A DNA stretch of 64,000 bases, from the NCBI RefSeq assembly GCF_006345805.1, contig NC_042997.1, positions 14,756,001-14,820,000 on the forward strand, in the 5' to 3' direction. The notes under the pieces were generated by a model. The model saw nothing but the letters and a program-made list of their open reading frames with translations, searched no databases and was not told where the DNA came from. Numbering within the stretch: position 1 is the stretch's first letter; each line of letters opens with the position of its first letter. The stretch is from Octopus sinensis (lineage: Eukaryota). Positions 52,303 to 64,000 of the stretch are shown here, piece by piece. Position numbers and translations under genes: made by a program.

Positions 52303-52550
52303 ATCATCATCATCATTTAGCATCCGCTTTCCATGCTAGCATGGGTTGGACGGTTCAACTGGGGTCTGTGAAGCCAGAAGGCTGCATCAGGCCCAGTCTG
52401 ATCTGGCAGTGTTTCTACGGCTGGATGCCCTTCCTAACGCCAACCACTCCGTGAGTGTAGTGGGTGCTTTTTACGTGCCACCCGCACAGGTGCCAGACGG
52501 AGCTGGCAAACGGCCACGGACGAATGGTGCTTTTTACGTGCCACTGGCAC
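52303..52550 (-). mobile_element. Family D element, young
   Basis: CpG-rich; nearly identical to the reverse complement of 55735-56005. Confidence 0.8.
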
Positions 52551-53059
52551 AGCACAGACAAATACAAAAGGAAGCAGAAATCCAACTAGAGGAAAACAGA
52601 AAAGGCAGCCTAATGTCAAGAACAGTGGAGAAAAGTCATTGATAGCCTATGCTGCACAAGGAGTGAAGGGCTTAAGTAGATAGGGAGATATGTAGCTCCA
52701 TTTTCAAATATGTTCTATTCATAATAAGCTAGGGTGTGATTTGAGGGAGATTTAGTAGCTATTCCTAGCAAGCCAACAACCACGTCGAGATTCTTGCATT
52801 GACTTGTAATATGATGTATTTAAATTAGTGCTCTATTGTTTCTATTAGTACACCACCCCACCATTACATACCCACGTCAATAAGGGTGCCTCTCAATGAT
52901 CATCACTCGATTGCTACTGATAGTACCCAAATCACCCTATCATCTTAAAATCTTGGACAATGCAATCCTACACACCTCTAGAAAATGAAAGGTTCATAGC
53001 TGGAATACTTTTCACATCAGAGCTGCTCATTTAAAAATAGTGATTTCTTACAAAAATAC

Positions 53060-53330
53060 AAGACCAAATTATACAGTATATTCAACAGTGCCAAATCCTA
53101 GCATGTTATTGGTACTTATTGAAGCATCTATTAACAGGGCCAACAAGAGAACCCCTATAGAGTCACTTGGCCTGAAAGATATAGCAACTAAATTTCCCTC
53201 AATCATACAAAGCCATCTTAAATAAGGAACGCATACCTTATACAATGCAATCCTACATACCCCATAATAATATGGGTTGTCACAGAATGATTGCCTTTGA
53301 TAATATGTCTACTGGACATAAGAATAACCT
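53060..53330 (+). mobile_element. LINE apurinic endonuclease remnant (RTE-like)
   Basis: LLVLIEASINRANK...KDIATKF...MQSYIPHNN compared with GVALI...RIIxARF...IQCYAPTN. Confidence 0.35.
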
Positions 53331-55083
53331 AGAGCTAGACAACAACACAACTCCCAAGGAAATTGAAAGATTAAGTCAACTCCAACAGGATTTAAATTCA
53401 GAAAGTAGAATAGATCCCAAATTAAATTTTGTAAGACAATTAATGAAGCACTCTTACCTTTTCTACTGACTTTATATTCCAAAATAATAAACTGTAAATT
53501 AATACACTTTTAAGAAAAGCAGTAAGTACTTACAATACTTGACAACTGAATACTTTAAATTTATTCAAGGTAACAGCTTATAATAGACAATAAAGTCTAT
53601 CTTGTGTCTTGGTTGGTCTCTTATTTGACAGTTACATTGTACTAGTGTAGTCTGATGTTTGAATAGTTGTTCTTGCTACAGGTCCCACTATAGACTATAA
53701 GTTAAGATTTGTCAAGATCAAAGTTTATGATTCATATTATATCTCAATGTTTAAAGTCTTTTACCAACAACAGCATGTCTGGTTTCTCTCAATAATTTCA
53801 CAATAAAATTTCACTGATATTTCAAAGCCTGTTATGAATTAAGGCTAGCAATCAAACAATTTCATGTCATTCTTAAGCATGCTTATTGGAAACACAAGCT
53901 GTCAGAGAATTGAAGAAGACTGCTGTAGCTGAAGTTTGAGTTGGTTAAGCTTTTAAAATTAAGAAGATCAGTCACTAAAAAAATAGCTGCCATGCTGCAT
54001 ATAGTTAGGTCAACAGAGTGTCAAACCATTTGACCAAAGTCTTTGGTGGTTTATATTCCATCTACAGTATATGCATGGTGGAAGTACTTTGGATTAAAAT
54101 GGTAGTACTCAAATCACCCCATCCTTGGATTAAAATGATAGTACCCAAATCACCCTACCAAATAGATGCCTTAAGGAGAGTAAAAACCTGCTCTAGCCAG
54201 TCGTAGGAACATTGTACTATTGAGAAGTATTCCATTTCAAGTTTTAAATTCAAAGCCATAAATGTAGATTAACAAGTGATAAGTTTCACCAAATTGAATC
54301 GCTTTAAATTAATTACAGGAGAGATACAGTCTTCAGTAGTAGCCTAATGGGTTAAGCAATTCTTAAACAAAACCAATAACAATATAGATTATCTCTATGG
54401 TTATTCTGCCTGTTATCCACCAAATATCTCTCAAATCACACCTAATTGTGTTAAAATAATAATAAAATAATGTAGTTGTAGATGCACTGTGTCTGGAAAT
54501 AAGATGAGATAGTCAAAACGTTTCTGATTATGGTTCAACTCAATCAGGGCCAACCTGGGGTTAAATGACAACCAAGCGTCTTTAATTATCTTTGAAGAAA
54601 ATAAATTACACTGTTAAGTGATGTAAGTACAACACCCATGAATGAAATACTGCCTCCCACATCTAGAATGGTGCTACCGCTTATGTAGACAAACATCTGA
54701 GACTACATCCAAAAGTTGACCATCAGAATGATTGAAAAAGACTCACTCACTACAACTCTAGCCCACAGACACACAACTAGCATTCTCTAGCAGCTCTGCC
54801 AGAAAATTATGAGAATGGGTAAAGATTTTATATAGCATATTTGATGACATAAAAGACACACAGGTATATTAGATGCACCCTAGTTTCAGCACTGCATATT
54901 CAGGAAAAAAGGGTTTTAGTACATTAAAGTATATGGGAGCCCAACTTCACTAATATGATCTAGGGTGATTTCTTTTGAGACACTTTTTGGGAAAAAATGT
55001 GGTCTTATATGCCATCAAATATGGCAATTAATAATATGAGTTTTTATAAATAGAATTCAGTCTTTTCTCAGTGTCATTGTGAA

Positions 55084-55350
55084 TCATCATCATCATCATC
55101 GTTTAACGTCCGTTCTCCATGCTAGCATGGGTTGGCCGGTTCGACCAGGGATCTGGGAATCCAGAAGGCTGCACCAGGCTCCAGTCTGATCTGGCAGTGT
55201 TTCTACAGTTGGATGCCCTTCCTAACACCAACCACTCCATGAGTGTAGTGGGTGCTTTTTACGTGCCACCGGCACAGGTGCCAGGCGAGGCTGGCAATGG
55301 CCACGATCGGATTGGTGCATTTTACATGCCACCTGGCACGGAAGCAGTGA
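55084..55350 (-). mobile_element. Family D element, young
   Basis: (ATC)n tail on the left; collinear with 52303-52550. Confidence 0.8.
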
Positions 55351-55351
55351 A

Positions 55352-55386
<35 letters not shown>

Positions 55387-55734
55387 AAAGAATGTGACTT
55401 GAAAGCTACCAATATCTGTTATGAGTACTATAAGCTACACAATGGCAGTTTCCTGTTTCAGTGTTATGTCACAAAATGTAAAATGATATCTTCAAGACTC
55501 AGATCCTAAGCACATCAACTACTCACGGCAATTGTACCTAACTTGTCCCTTGTAAACTATAGAATTCCACAGCTAAGCCTTGTTCAATGGCATCTTGGAA
55601 AACTGCATTCACAACCCACATTTACAGTAATTTAACCCTATAGAATTCAGATTATTCTATAAAATGCAATGTTTATTTATTCAAATGGCTCTGAATTAAT
55701 CATGCATTGTCTTGTAGCTTAAAGATTTCTGCCA

Positions 55735-56005
55735 GCCTCAACTGGCCCCGTGCCAGTGACACGTAAAAAGCACCATCCATCCGTGGCCGTTTGCCAGCCC
55801 CGTCTGGCACCTGTGTCGGTGGCACGTAAAAAGCACCCACTAACACTCACGGAGTGGTTGGCGTTAGGAAGGGCATCCAGCCGTAGAAACACAGCCAGAT
55901 CAGACTGGGCCTGGTGCAGCCTTCTGGCTTCCCAGACCCCAATTGAACCGTCCAACCCATGCTAGCATGGAAAGCGGATGCTAAATGATGATGATGATGA
56001 TGATT
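55735..56005 (+). mobile_element. Family D element, young
   Basis: (GAT)n tail on the right; inverted relative to 55084 and 52303. Older copies also lie at about 16050, 21270, 23490, 30870, 34640, 35970, 47640, 61075 and 62455. Confidence 0.8.
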
Positions 56006-56059
56006 GTAGGCTAGGTGTAAGAGGCTGGATCTGGCTGGTTAGGGCATAAAGCAAGTAGA

Positions 56060-56323
56060 ATATCTGGGATGGATATGGCCACTTTAAACATTTCAGCAGT
56101 GTAAAGAAAGCATTCTGTAGGGATGCAAATGATTGAGTAATTTTGTTAATCAAAAATGACCGAGTCTACTTGGTAGGCATGGAAAACAATGCAGAGTACT
56201 GAACAGATGATAACCAAAATAAAGAGATAAGAAACAAGTGCAAATTCAACGATATTAACAGATATTTCACAGAGACAAATTAGTGGAGTCAACCATAGAA
56301 ATACTTCAGAGTAAACATGATTT
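56060..56323 (-). pseudogene. Dynein pseudo-exon, AAA3 lid (3' boundary approximate)
   Basis: ggatttttattttgcag|AAATC. NHVYSEVFLWLTPLICLCEISVNIVEFALV...CIVFHAYQVDSV compared with VYxxVxxxLLPTPAKSHYxFNLRD...LWxHExxRVFxD. Confidence 0.65.
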
Positions 56324-56559
56324 CTGCAAAAATAAAATCCTAAATGCAGAATTAATGGGATGAGTGTGGGTTCACATTAGGATTGAATTTATGAACCCAG
56401 CCAAGGCTGTTAGGAGCTCAGACAGTGCCCGTTAGAAACTCTTTGCTTTTACAATAGCCTATAATGCAATGAGCTTTACGAAGGAATATAGGATGATAAT
56501 TGAAGAAATAAAGTTTGAATTTCTGAATAAATGATCAGTTATCCACTTGTTTAATCTCA

Positions 56560-56797
56560 AAAATCAACAAAACTAGAATTGGAGAAAAACACTGATGGTC
56601 TACATCAGCAAAAAAGAAAAAAAAATTAATTTCTTGAAAGGAAGGTGCTGCCTAACTTGTGAGAAGTATCCTGCCCTTCATGACACACAAATGTTACTGA
56701 ATACATACTTGTGGGAAAGATGGAGGAGGTGGCGAGAAAGAGAGGTATGGAAACATAATTTTCAATGTTATATGCCTTTCTATTATTATATAATTCT
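56560..56797 (-). pseudogene. Dynein pseudo-exon, AAA3 (boundaries approximate)
   Basis: Overlaps ORF 56626..56838: ELYNNRKAYNIENYVSIPLFLAT compared with WYDRKxxxxxxIxDIQFVAAM. A shifted frame gives FSQVRQHL compared with RFxRHF. Confidence 0.5.
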
Positions 56798-58309
56798 CTT
56801 TGTGAAAAAATAACAAACACTAAACTATAGAAATACATTAATTTATGTGACCCATATACACAGACACAAAGAAAGAAAACTAATGGTATTTAAAACCAAA
56901 AAACAAAATATTTTCAAAAGATTTGTTTTGTTAGCATGATTGTTTTACAATAACACAAAAGAATAGTAGCTCTATATAAGAATTCCAACAGGTCTGTACT
57001 GAAAAGAAATGAAAAAAAAATTCCAGTTATTTAAACAGTTAAAGGATAGTTAATATCTCAAAAGATTGTAACGAATAATATCTTAAAAGATTGTTGATAT
57101 TTTAAAAAGTTGATGTGATAATAATTTCTTACACTGACTGGAAAACTATAAATATGAAGCAGAGAGAAATATAGCCAATTAAATCAGTTCCTATATATCA
57201 GTGATTCCGAAAGTGAGTTCCAAAGGGGCATTGAAGAAAAGTGGGGCGATAATGGGGTAGCAATTCACGTAAAAACAACAAAATAATGGATTCATTAGAT
57301 TAAGTTTTATTTGTGAAATATAGTTGATTTGAAGTTGTTTCAGAAAGAGGTCCATGTTTGTGATGGTTAGTTGGGGTGGAGGTGTTAGGATTGTGGCCTG
57401 GGTGTCAAGGGGGTGGCAGACTGAAAATGCTATATGTGATGACTAGGATTTATTTTATCACCTCAGGAGTATAAAAAGCAAAGATAACCTCAAAGAGATT
57501 TGAAATCAGAATGCAGAAGGATGAAACTAAATATTCTAAAACGTTTAACCCAGTTTTCCCAGAACTCATACATCTCTGACATTGTGCTATAACATCACGT
57601 AATAATCCATAAAGAATTATCAAATTTACTATTGTGCAGTAAACGGAACATATCGTACTTTCAGCAGCCAAATCTGCCTCATTTCACACAGACACTAGCA
57701 TCTTAAAAAAAAACAAAAAAAAAAAAACATGTTAAATATAGTCTTATAGACATATTGTAAAAAGCAGATAAACTGATGAGACAGTCATAGCTCAAATGCC
57801 TTTGCACATAGTTTTGCTTGCTTTGACCTAAACAACAATGTCAAGACACAACATGAAGAGTACAAGCCAATGAAGAAGCATCTATGCAGTAGCTCAATCT
57901 GCTAAAAGTAGCAGTCAATTCCTCTCATGCCACACCTTACAATCTTAAAAAAGGTATGGGCACATTAGTCCTAGATATACTGAAAAATTAGATGAAAATG
58001 TCATAGCTGGAAAGCTTTACTTATATATTTGCTTGCTGAGCACTGACCAAGAACAAACAACAATAACATGAAATCTACAAGTAATTCCAGTTTGGAAAAT
58101 GAGGAAAGAAAGTATTATCACACTTAAGAAGTACAATGGCTGTGGGATCAAAATGCTGGGCTAGTAATGAGTTCAAAGCAATAGTGAATCCTTGTACATA
58201 AATCCAAGCAGGCAATTTTTAAAAAATCAAACCCATATAGTGATGTAGGATACATATAGTATGCAAGGGTCCTCTTTCCAGCAATCTCATAAAAATAAAT
58301 GATATATAT

Positions 58310-58523
58310 TCTTTTCTACTCTAGGCACAAGGCCCAAAATTTTGGGGCAGGGGGCCAATAGATTAGATTAACCCCAGTATGCAACTGGTACTTAATTTAT
58401 CAACCCTGAAAGGATGAAAGGCAAAGTTGACCTTGGCGGAATTTGAACTCAGAACATAAAGACAGACAAAATACTGCTAAGCATTTCGCCCGGCATGCTA
58501 ACATTTCTGCCAGCTCACTGCCT
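58310..58523 (-). mobile_element. Family B variant SINE
   Basis: Reverse-complement head ggcagtgagctggcagaaatgttagc; tail ...ccttgtgcctagagtagaaaag. Confidence 0.75.
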
Positions 58524-58559
58524 TTGTAAATGATATATATTAAAATTAGATTTGTTATT

Positions 58560-58877
58560 CGTCAGAAAGGAGAAGTTATCTTCCTATTACAAAACACAAC
58601 AGTGACTAGCAGTATTGTTTTGATTCTTGCTGTGCTCATGCTTGCTTGTTTGCTTCATGCTCTTGCTTGAAGAGGCTGGGGTCATCCCAGGTTAGTGGTC
58701 CCAGAGGCACATCATACATAGAGCCAACCAGGTACACCAGTGCTCATGACATTTTATAATTTGCCTTCATTTATATATCTCAGATATAAATTGCATTCCT
58801 ATTATTCATGCAGGAACATCGCTGACACAAAACTAAAATAGCTACCGCATTGTGTTTCAGCCGACAATTGTGCATAT
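58560..58877 (-). pseudogene. Dynein pseudo-exon, AAA3 core (3' boundary approximate)
   Basis: ttttttttttgag|ATATGC. YAQLSAETQCGSYFSFVSAMFLHE**ECNLYLRYINEGKL compared with NFSAxT...YGPxxGKxxxxFIDD; further on, DDPSLFKQ compared with PIELLRQ. Confidence 0.55.
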
Positions 58878-58949
58878 CTCAAAAAAAAATAAATAAAGAC
58901 ACTAGAGTTCAAAAACTAGAATTCTATATCACCAAAAATCACTTATTAC

Positions 58950-59229
58950 AATGCATAAAAAGAAATGAGTGTTTATCTTGAGAAGAGATGAATTCTTTCA
59001 ATAAAAATGGGCCGGCATGAAATTTGAGAACCCACCACTTCCTATAGCACATTCAGACTTAACTACTTATCTCGGCTGCCTTAGTTGACAGATGTCATAC
59101 GAACTTCACAGGTGCTCTGCAAGTAGTAGGAAGTATGTCTAGCAGTAACAACAACTACCACAGCAATATGCAGTTTTGTGAAATAATTTTCAAGACCTAC
59201 TTATGCAAGAATAAGAAACAGGATTTAAA
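58950..59229 (-). pseudogene. Dynein pseudo-exon, start of AAA3
   Basis: Strong acceptor cctttttgtttttcag|TTTAAA. LDILPTTCRAPVKFV*HL compared with ILVPTxDTxRxxFL; after a frameshift, CAIGSGGFS lies where the AAA3 Walker A (GxxGxGKS) is expected. Donor gtaata. Confidence 0.5.
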
Positions 59230-59344
59230 CTGAAAAACAAAAAGGTTAAAAGCAGATTATTGGAGAAATTTAACCTTCTAATTAGACAAACTTCTTTATA
59301 ATCAATAATAATAATAATAATAATAATGATGATGATGATGATAA

Positions 59345-60345
59345 TCCCTTCTACTATAGGCACAAGGCCTGGAATTTTGGAGGAGAGGACTAGTCAATTG
59401 CATCAACCCCAGTCTTTCACTAGTACTTAATTTGTCCACCCCAAAAGGATGAAAGGTAAAGTTGATCTCAGTGGCATTTGAACTCAGAACCTGAAGACGG
59501 ATGAAATACTGTTAAGCATTTTGCTCGGTACCACTTTAATAATAATAATGGTTTCAAATTTTGGTACAAGGCCAGTAATTTCAAGGGAAGGGGTAAGTTG
59601 AATACATTGACCCCAGTACTTGACTGGTATTTATTTCATCAAATGCAATAGGATGGAAGGGAAAGTCTACCTCGGCGGAATTTGAACTCAGAACATAAAG
59701 ACAGACAAAATGCCACTAAGCATTTCACCCAGTATGCTAACGATTCTGCCAGCTCACTGTCTTAATAACAATAATATTTATTTCTACTCTAAGCACAAGG
59801 CCTTGAAAATTTCTGGGGAAGGGGGTTAGTCAACAATATCAACCCCAGCAATTAACTGGTACTTAATTCATCAACTCCAAAAGGATGAAAGGCAAAGTCG
59901 ACCTCGGTGGAGTTTGAATTCAGAATGTAACAGCAGACAAAATACCACTAAGCATTTCGCCTGGCATGTTAACAATTCTGCCAGCTCACCATCTTACTTA
60001 ATAATAATAATGAGAAAACCCCCTTCGGTCATGAATGAGCATGGGACTGCACCTAGAAAGTCACCCTCCAAGGCACAAGTCCAGGCAAGGTTGTTTTATG
60101 GAAAGCCAGCAGTCGCCCATGCATACATGCCTCCCTTCTCCACACCACTGATGTTATCCAAGGGAAAGGCAAAGACTGATACAGCATGGCACCAGTGATA
60201 TCGCAACTCATTTCTACAACTGAGTTAACTGGAGCAACGTGAAATAAAGTGCTTTGCTCAAGAACACAACACGCAGCCCGGTCTGGGAATCGAACTCACA
60301 ACCCCATGATCATAAGCTCAATGCTCTAACCACTGAGCCATGCAC
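59345..60345 (-). mobile_element. Head-to-tail cluster of four SINEs (three family B variants plus one family C)
   Basis: Copies at ~59345-59530, 59545-59760, 59778-59990 and 60011-60345, separated by (AAT)n tracts. Confidence 0.75.
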
Positions 60346-60384
60346 CTTATTAATAATAATGATGATGATGATGACGATAATCTG

Positions 60385-61075
60385 TAGCAAAGACAAGGAG
60401 CACAAGAAGGATGCTGAATGGTTGCAAGAACAGAAATAAACATAGTCTGTCCAAAACAGGCAGAACTAGTCTTTTCAGTTAGGGAAGTGAAGGAAATCAA
60501 CAGAAAAATGGGCAACTGGAAGGCCTCAAGTCCAGATGGAGTTCAAGGCTACTGGATCAAAAGATTTAGTGAATGACATGCACAAATAGCTGTACAACTC
60601 GACACCTTGTTAAATGCCAACCAAATAACACCAGAGTGGTTGACAATGGGTAGGACAGTGCTGTGCTTGAAAAACATTGTAAAAGGCAATATGGTAGACA
60701 ATTACAGGCTGACTTCCTGCTTGCCACTTATCTGGAAATTATTGACTGGAATAGTCGTCAATGTATGGGCATCAGGAGAAAAATGGAGTCCTGCCACATG
60801 AGCAGAAGGGTTGCAAGCATAAGTGCAGAGGTACCAAAGATCAACTCCTGGTAGACAAAACTGTACTTAGAGACTGCAAGAGGAGGAAAACTAACTTGGC
60901 CATGTCATGGATCGATTATCGTAAGGCATACGATATGATCCCATATTCTTGGATTATGGAATGTAAGAACCTATTTGGTATTGCATCAAATGTTGAGCAA
61001 TTGCTTGGAAAAAGCATGGTGAATTGGAGGACAGAACTGACAGCATATGGAAGAAGTTTAGGGATAATAGAAATC
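60385..61075 (+). mobile_element. R4/Dong-like LINE reverse transcriptase fragment
   Basis: ORFs 60607..60801 and 60761..61141: [64 protein letters not shown]. Frameshifted; the right end is overwritten by a SINE. Confidence 0.8.
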
Positions 61076-62792
61076 CAATCTGATCTGGCAAGGTTTCTAC
61101 TGCTGGATGCCCTTCCTATTGCCAACCACTATGGAGTGTAGTAGGTGCTTTTTATGTGCCAATGACATGGGGGCCAGTAAGGTGGCACTGGCATCAACCA
61201 CACACCAATCATACACATAAAAAGAAACGATAGCTTATTTTTTTTATAGACTATTACCTTAACCAAAAAGAAAAGAGATATATCCATTATCTACTTACAA
61301 ATACAATAAATAAAGTTAATCCCTAATCCTAGGGATTACTGCAGTTTAACTTTTGACAGAAGTAAAAACAAAGGACTATCTAATAGAAAAATAAAACAAT
61401 AACAAAATTCAGTAATAATATTTCATTACATTGGCACAAGGACACATTTTTAGAAGTGTATTCAATTAGCTGATTCAGGGCAAGTACTTACATTACAAGA
61501 GATGAAAAGTAAAATGGACTCTAACAAATTCAATATGTAAAGAAATCATTGTTATATTAATGCCCACTTTTCTATACTTGGAAAAGTAAGACAGAATTGT
61601 TTGAGGCAGATTTTCAATAACCAGATACCTTTGCTGTTGTCAACCCCAACCTGTTTCCAAGAAAAGGTAATGTTTACTCATGGCCAGACATGTTTTTACG
61701 GAAGATTGGAAATAAAGGACACCACTTGTATAATGGTGATGCTCTTTTATAACTACAGCATGATATCAAGCAAGGACACACACACACACACGACAGACTT
61801 CTCTCAGATTCTGTTGTCCATATCTACTCCCAAAGCTTTAGTTGGTCCAGTGAGAATGTGTAAGACACTTGTCAAAGGTGTCACATAGTGGAACTGAACC
61901 CAAATCCAGATGATTGGGAAGCAAACCTCAACCACACAGACATGAATGAGCCTAAAGTGGACTAAAAGGCATTTACTGCAGTATTTTATTATTCCTACTA
62001 CTTCACAAGATTATTTGGTAATAATCATATTTATTGAATACATATATTTACCTTAGTAACACAAAAAAATCTTTAGTCAATCCATAAGATTTGGAGCAGA
62101 AGCCAAGCAGTTTTGCTTCTAAATTTGAACCCATTGATTTAAGAATAAATTTCTGAGCCAGTCTCAAAATCTATTAAAATTCAATTCATGTCTAGGATGC
62201 TGCATGGCCTCAGTAGTTAACTGTACTTTTATTGATTCTGGATGAACAGAAGGCAAGTTGACTTCAGCAGGATTTGAACTTAGAATGTAAAGGGTTGCAA
62301 TTAAATACCACAAGACATTTTGACCAACAGTATCAATTCTGCCTATACAGCACCTTAATGTTGGTTAGTGTTGCTATATCATACAGCAAAAGTAGAAATA
62401 AATACTCTGAAATCAATATGAACTATTACTCTGCATGGATTTTATTTTAGCTTTTATCATCATCATTATGGTCATCATTTAACATCCATTTTCCACACTG
62501 GCTTGAGCTGGACAGTTTGACAAGCAATAGCCAGCTGGAGAGCTGCACCCAGTTCCAATTGTCTGTTTTGGCATGGGTTCTATGGCTGGATACCCTTCCT
62601 AACACAAAGCACTTTACAGAATGTACTGGGCAATTTTTACGTATCACCAGCATCAGTGTTAAATCAATATTTTTTTACTGTTATGAAATACAGAGTCATC
62701 TCTTGTAGACTTGCATTTACTATTTAAAGGATGCAAAAAGCATGTTTGACCAGTTGCAGTTTAAATGAGTTCATAATAAGACACAAACATAC

Positions 62793-63112
62793 CCAGAGTT
62801 GTCTGCCTTAATTGACAAAATAAAAACAATATTAGTCTTTTGTCCATCACTACATAATTATATCTAGTTAGCTTTTTAATGCTTTCTGTATTCATCTATG
62901 TATTTTAAGGCCTAACTGACCATATGACATTGTATGTTTGCAACTTCCACTGAAACATTTTATTTGTCTACATCCATCTCCGTTTTGTGGTTACCATATC
63001 ATAAACAGATTTTATCTCTAGAAGCAGTTTACAGTTAAATTTCAGATATGTTTAACATCAAGTTTCCAAATTTTTGGATAATCCAAACAAGATCTCAAGG
63101 TCCTGTGATTAT
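62793..63112 (-). pseudogene. Dynein pseudo-exon after AAA2 (heavily decayed)
   Basis: ctaattag|ATAATC, phase-compatible with the previous exon. *SQDLEILFGLSKNLET*C compared with LGWxPxxxSWL. Strong donor CTGG|gtatgt at 62793. The middle of the exon is not alignable by eye. Confidence 0.4.
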
Positions 63113-63183
63113 CTAATTAGCTATATTGTGTGTAACTTGAACTCAATAATAACATAAGTGCTGCTGTTTCATTTTTTGTTTAC

Positions 63184-63301
63184 AATGATTAAAAGCGAAT
63201 TCAAATTTCTGAAGAACACATAAACAGTGAAGCGGTGTTCTCAACACTGGTGTCATGATCAAGTCTTTTGTTTCCAGGTATCAAAAGTACCATATACCAG
63301 G
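63184..63301 (-). pseudogene. Dynein pseudo-exon, AAA2 region
   Basis: Follows a 77-bp intron; phase 1 start, donor gtaaac. WYMVLLIPGNKRLDHDTSVENTASLFMCSSEI*IRF*S compared with LxLxNGERIxL...FExxDLxxASPATVSR. Confidence 0.6.
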
Positions 63302-63378
63302 CTGCTAGTTTGATATCAGTCAGTCATTTTAAACAATGTTAAAATAATTGTAACATTGTAAAAGTAAAAGTGACTAAC

Positions 63379-63489
63379 ATGCTGAAGAATTTAAAAGCAT
63401 GGCAAAATCAATGGTATCTTCATTCATCTCTATGACTTTGTTCCAAGTATATATGTTACAAGTAATTGAGTTTGTTGTTGTTACCATGT
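63379..63489 (-). pseudogene. Dynein pseudo-exon, AAA2 region
   Basis: ttcactttctcttcacag|ACATGG ... TCAGCAT|gttagt. 111 bp, phase 1-1, open frame: MVTTTNSITCNIYTWNKVIEMNEDTIDFAMLLNSSA. Loosely resembles WIxxDGxxDxxWIExMNSVLD. Confidence 0.55.
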
Positions 63490-64000
63490 CTGTGAAGAGA
63501 AAGTGAACACCAGTGACAATCGAACAGAAAAATGAGACTTTACAATGTCTGGATTGTAGTGAAAAGGCATCAAACATTGAACAGAATACATTTTATTGAT
63601 TGAAAAACATAAAATCTCTTTAAACATGTTTTTATTTTTAGTTTTGTTTGTTTTTATTTTTTTACATAATTATGTTCACTATAGCTTCCTTTGTTTACAA
63701 TTAGATCAGTTATCCAAGCAAAATACTCCCTGTCTATATTGGGATAATCAAGGTCTAACAGTAGTTTAGTTTTTCTTTCATTTTCTTTCATCTTTTTTTT
63801 TTAGTCATTGCACTATGGTTATGACAAGAGTTTATAGTTAATCAAGTCAACCCCAGTACTTATTTCGGTCTGGTATATATCTTATTGATCTCTACTTTTC
63901 AAACCATTAAGCTATGGAACATAAAAGGACAACACGGACACAGACTTTTACATTCATATATGATGAACTTGTGCACAGTTTCCAGCAACAAAATTCCATT

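Larger units (their letters stand above)
206..63489 (-). pseudogene. Intron-containing dynein heavy chain (probably axonemal) pseudogene covering motor domain AAA2-AAA6; continues beyond both window edges
   Basis: About 25 minus-strand segments with pyrimidine-rich AG acceptors and GT donors. Their translations match recalled dynein motor consensus motifs in collinear order, and several adjacent exons are phase-compatible (63379/63301, 39892/39347, 28224/24602, 24371/22965, 13142/9015). Many in-frame stops and frameshifts. By-eye alignment only; the paralog cannot be assigned. Confidence 0.75.

Overview
AT-rich, microsatellite- and SINE-dense animal genomic DNA. The SINE families point to an octopus; that is recalled from memory, not checked. 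There is no intact protein-coding gene, rRNA, true tRNA gene or CRISPR array. The main result does not appear in the ORF track. About 25 exon-like segments on the minus strand, most still bounded by AG/GT splice sites, translate (through stops and frameshifts) into dynein heavy chain motor-domain motifs. They fall in the correct order: AAA2 (63.5-62.8 kb), AAA3 (59.2-56.1 kb), AAA4 (40.3-37 kb), stalk CC1/MTBD/CC2 (37-22.8 kb), AAA5 (13.4-8 kb) and AAA6 (4.7-0.2 kb). This looks like an intron-containing dynein heavy chain pseudogene that runs off both ends of the window. Its introns hold a decayed D,D34D mariner with a nested Helitron, a second Helitron, an internally deleted piggyBac carrying a locally templated chimeric insert, piggyBac-type MITEs, RTE/CR1/R4-clade LINE fragments, Penelope-like pieces (one forming a perfect 41-bp hairpin) and many tRNA-derived SINEs. 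All protein alignments were made by eye against recalled dynein and transposase consensus motifs and need HMMER or tBLASTn confirmation.
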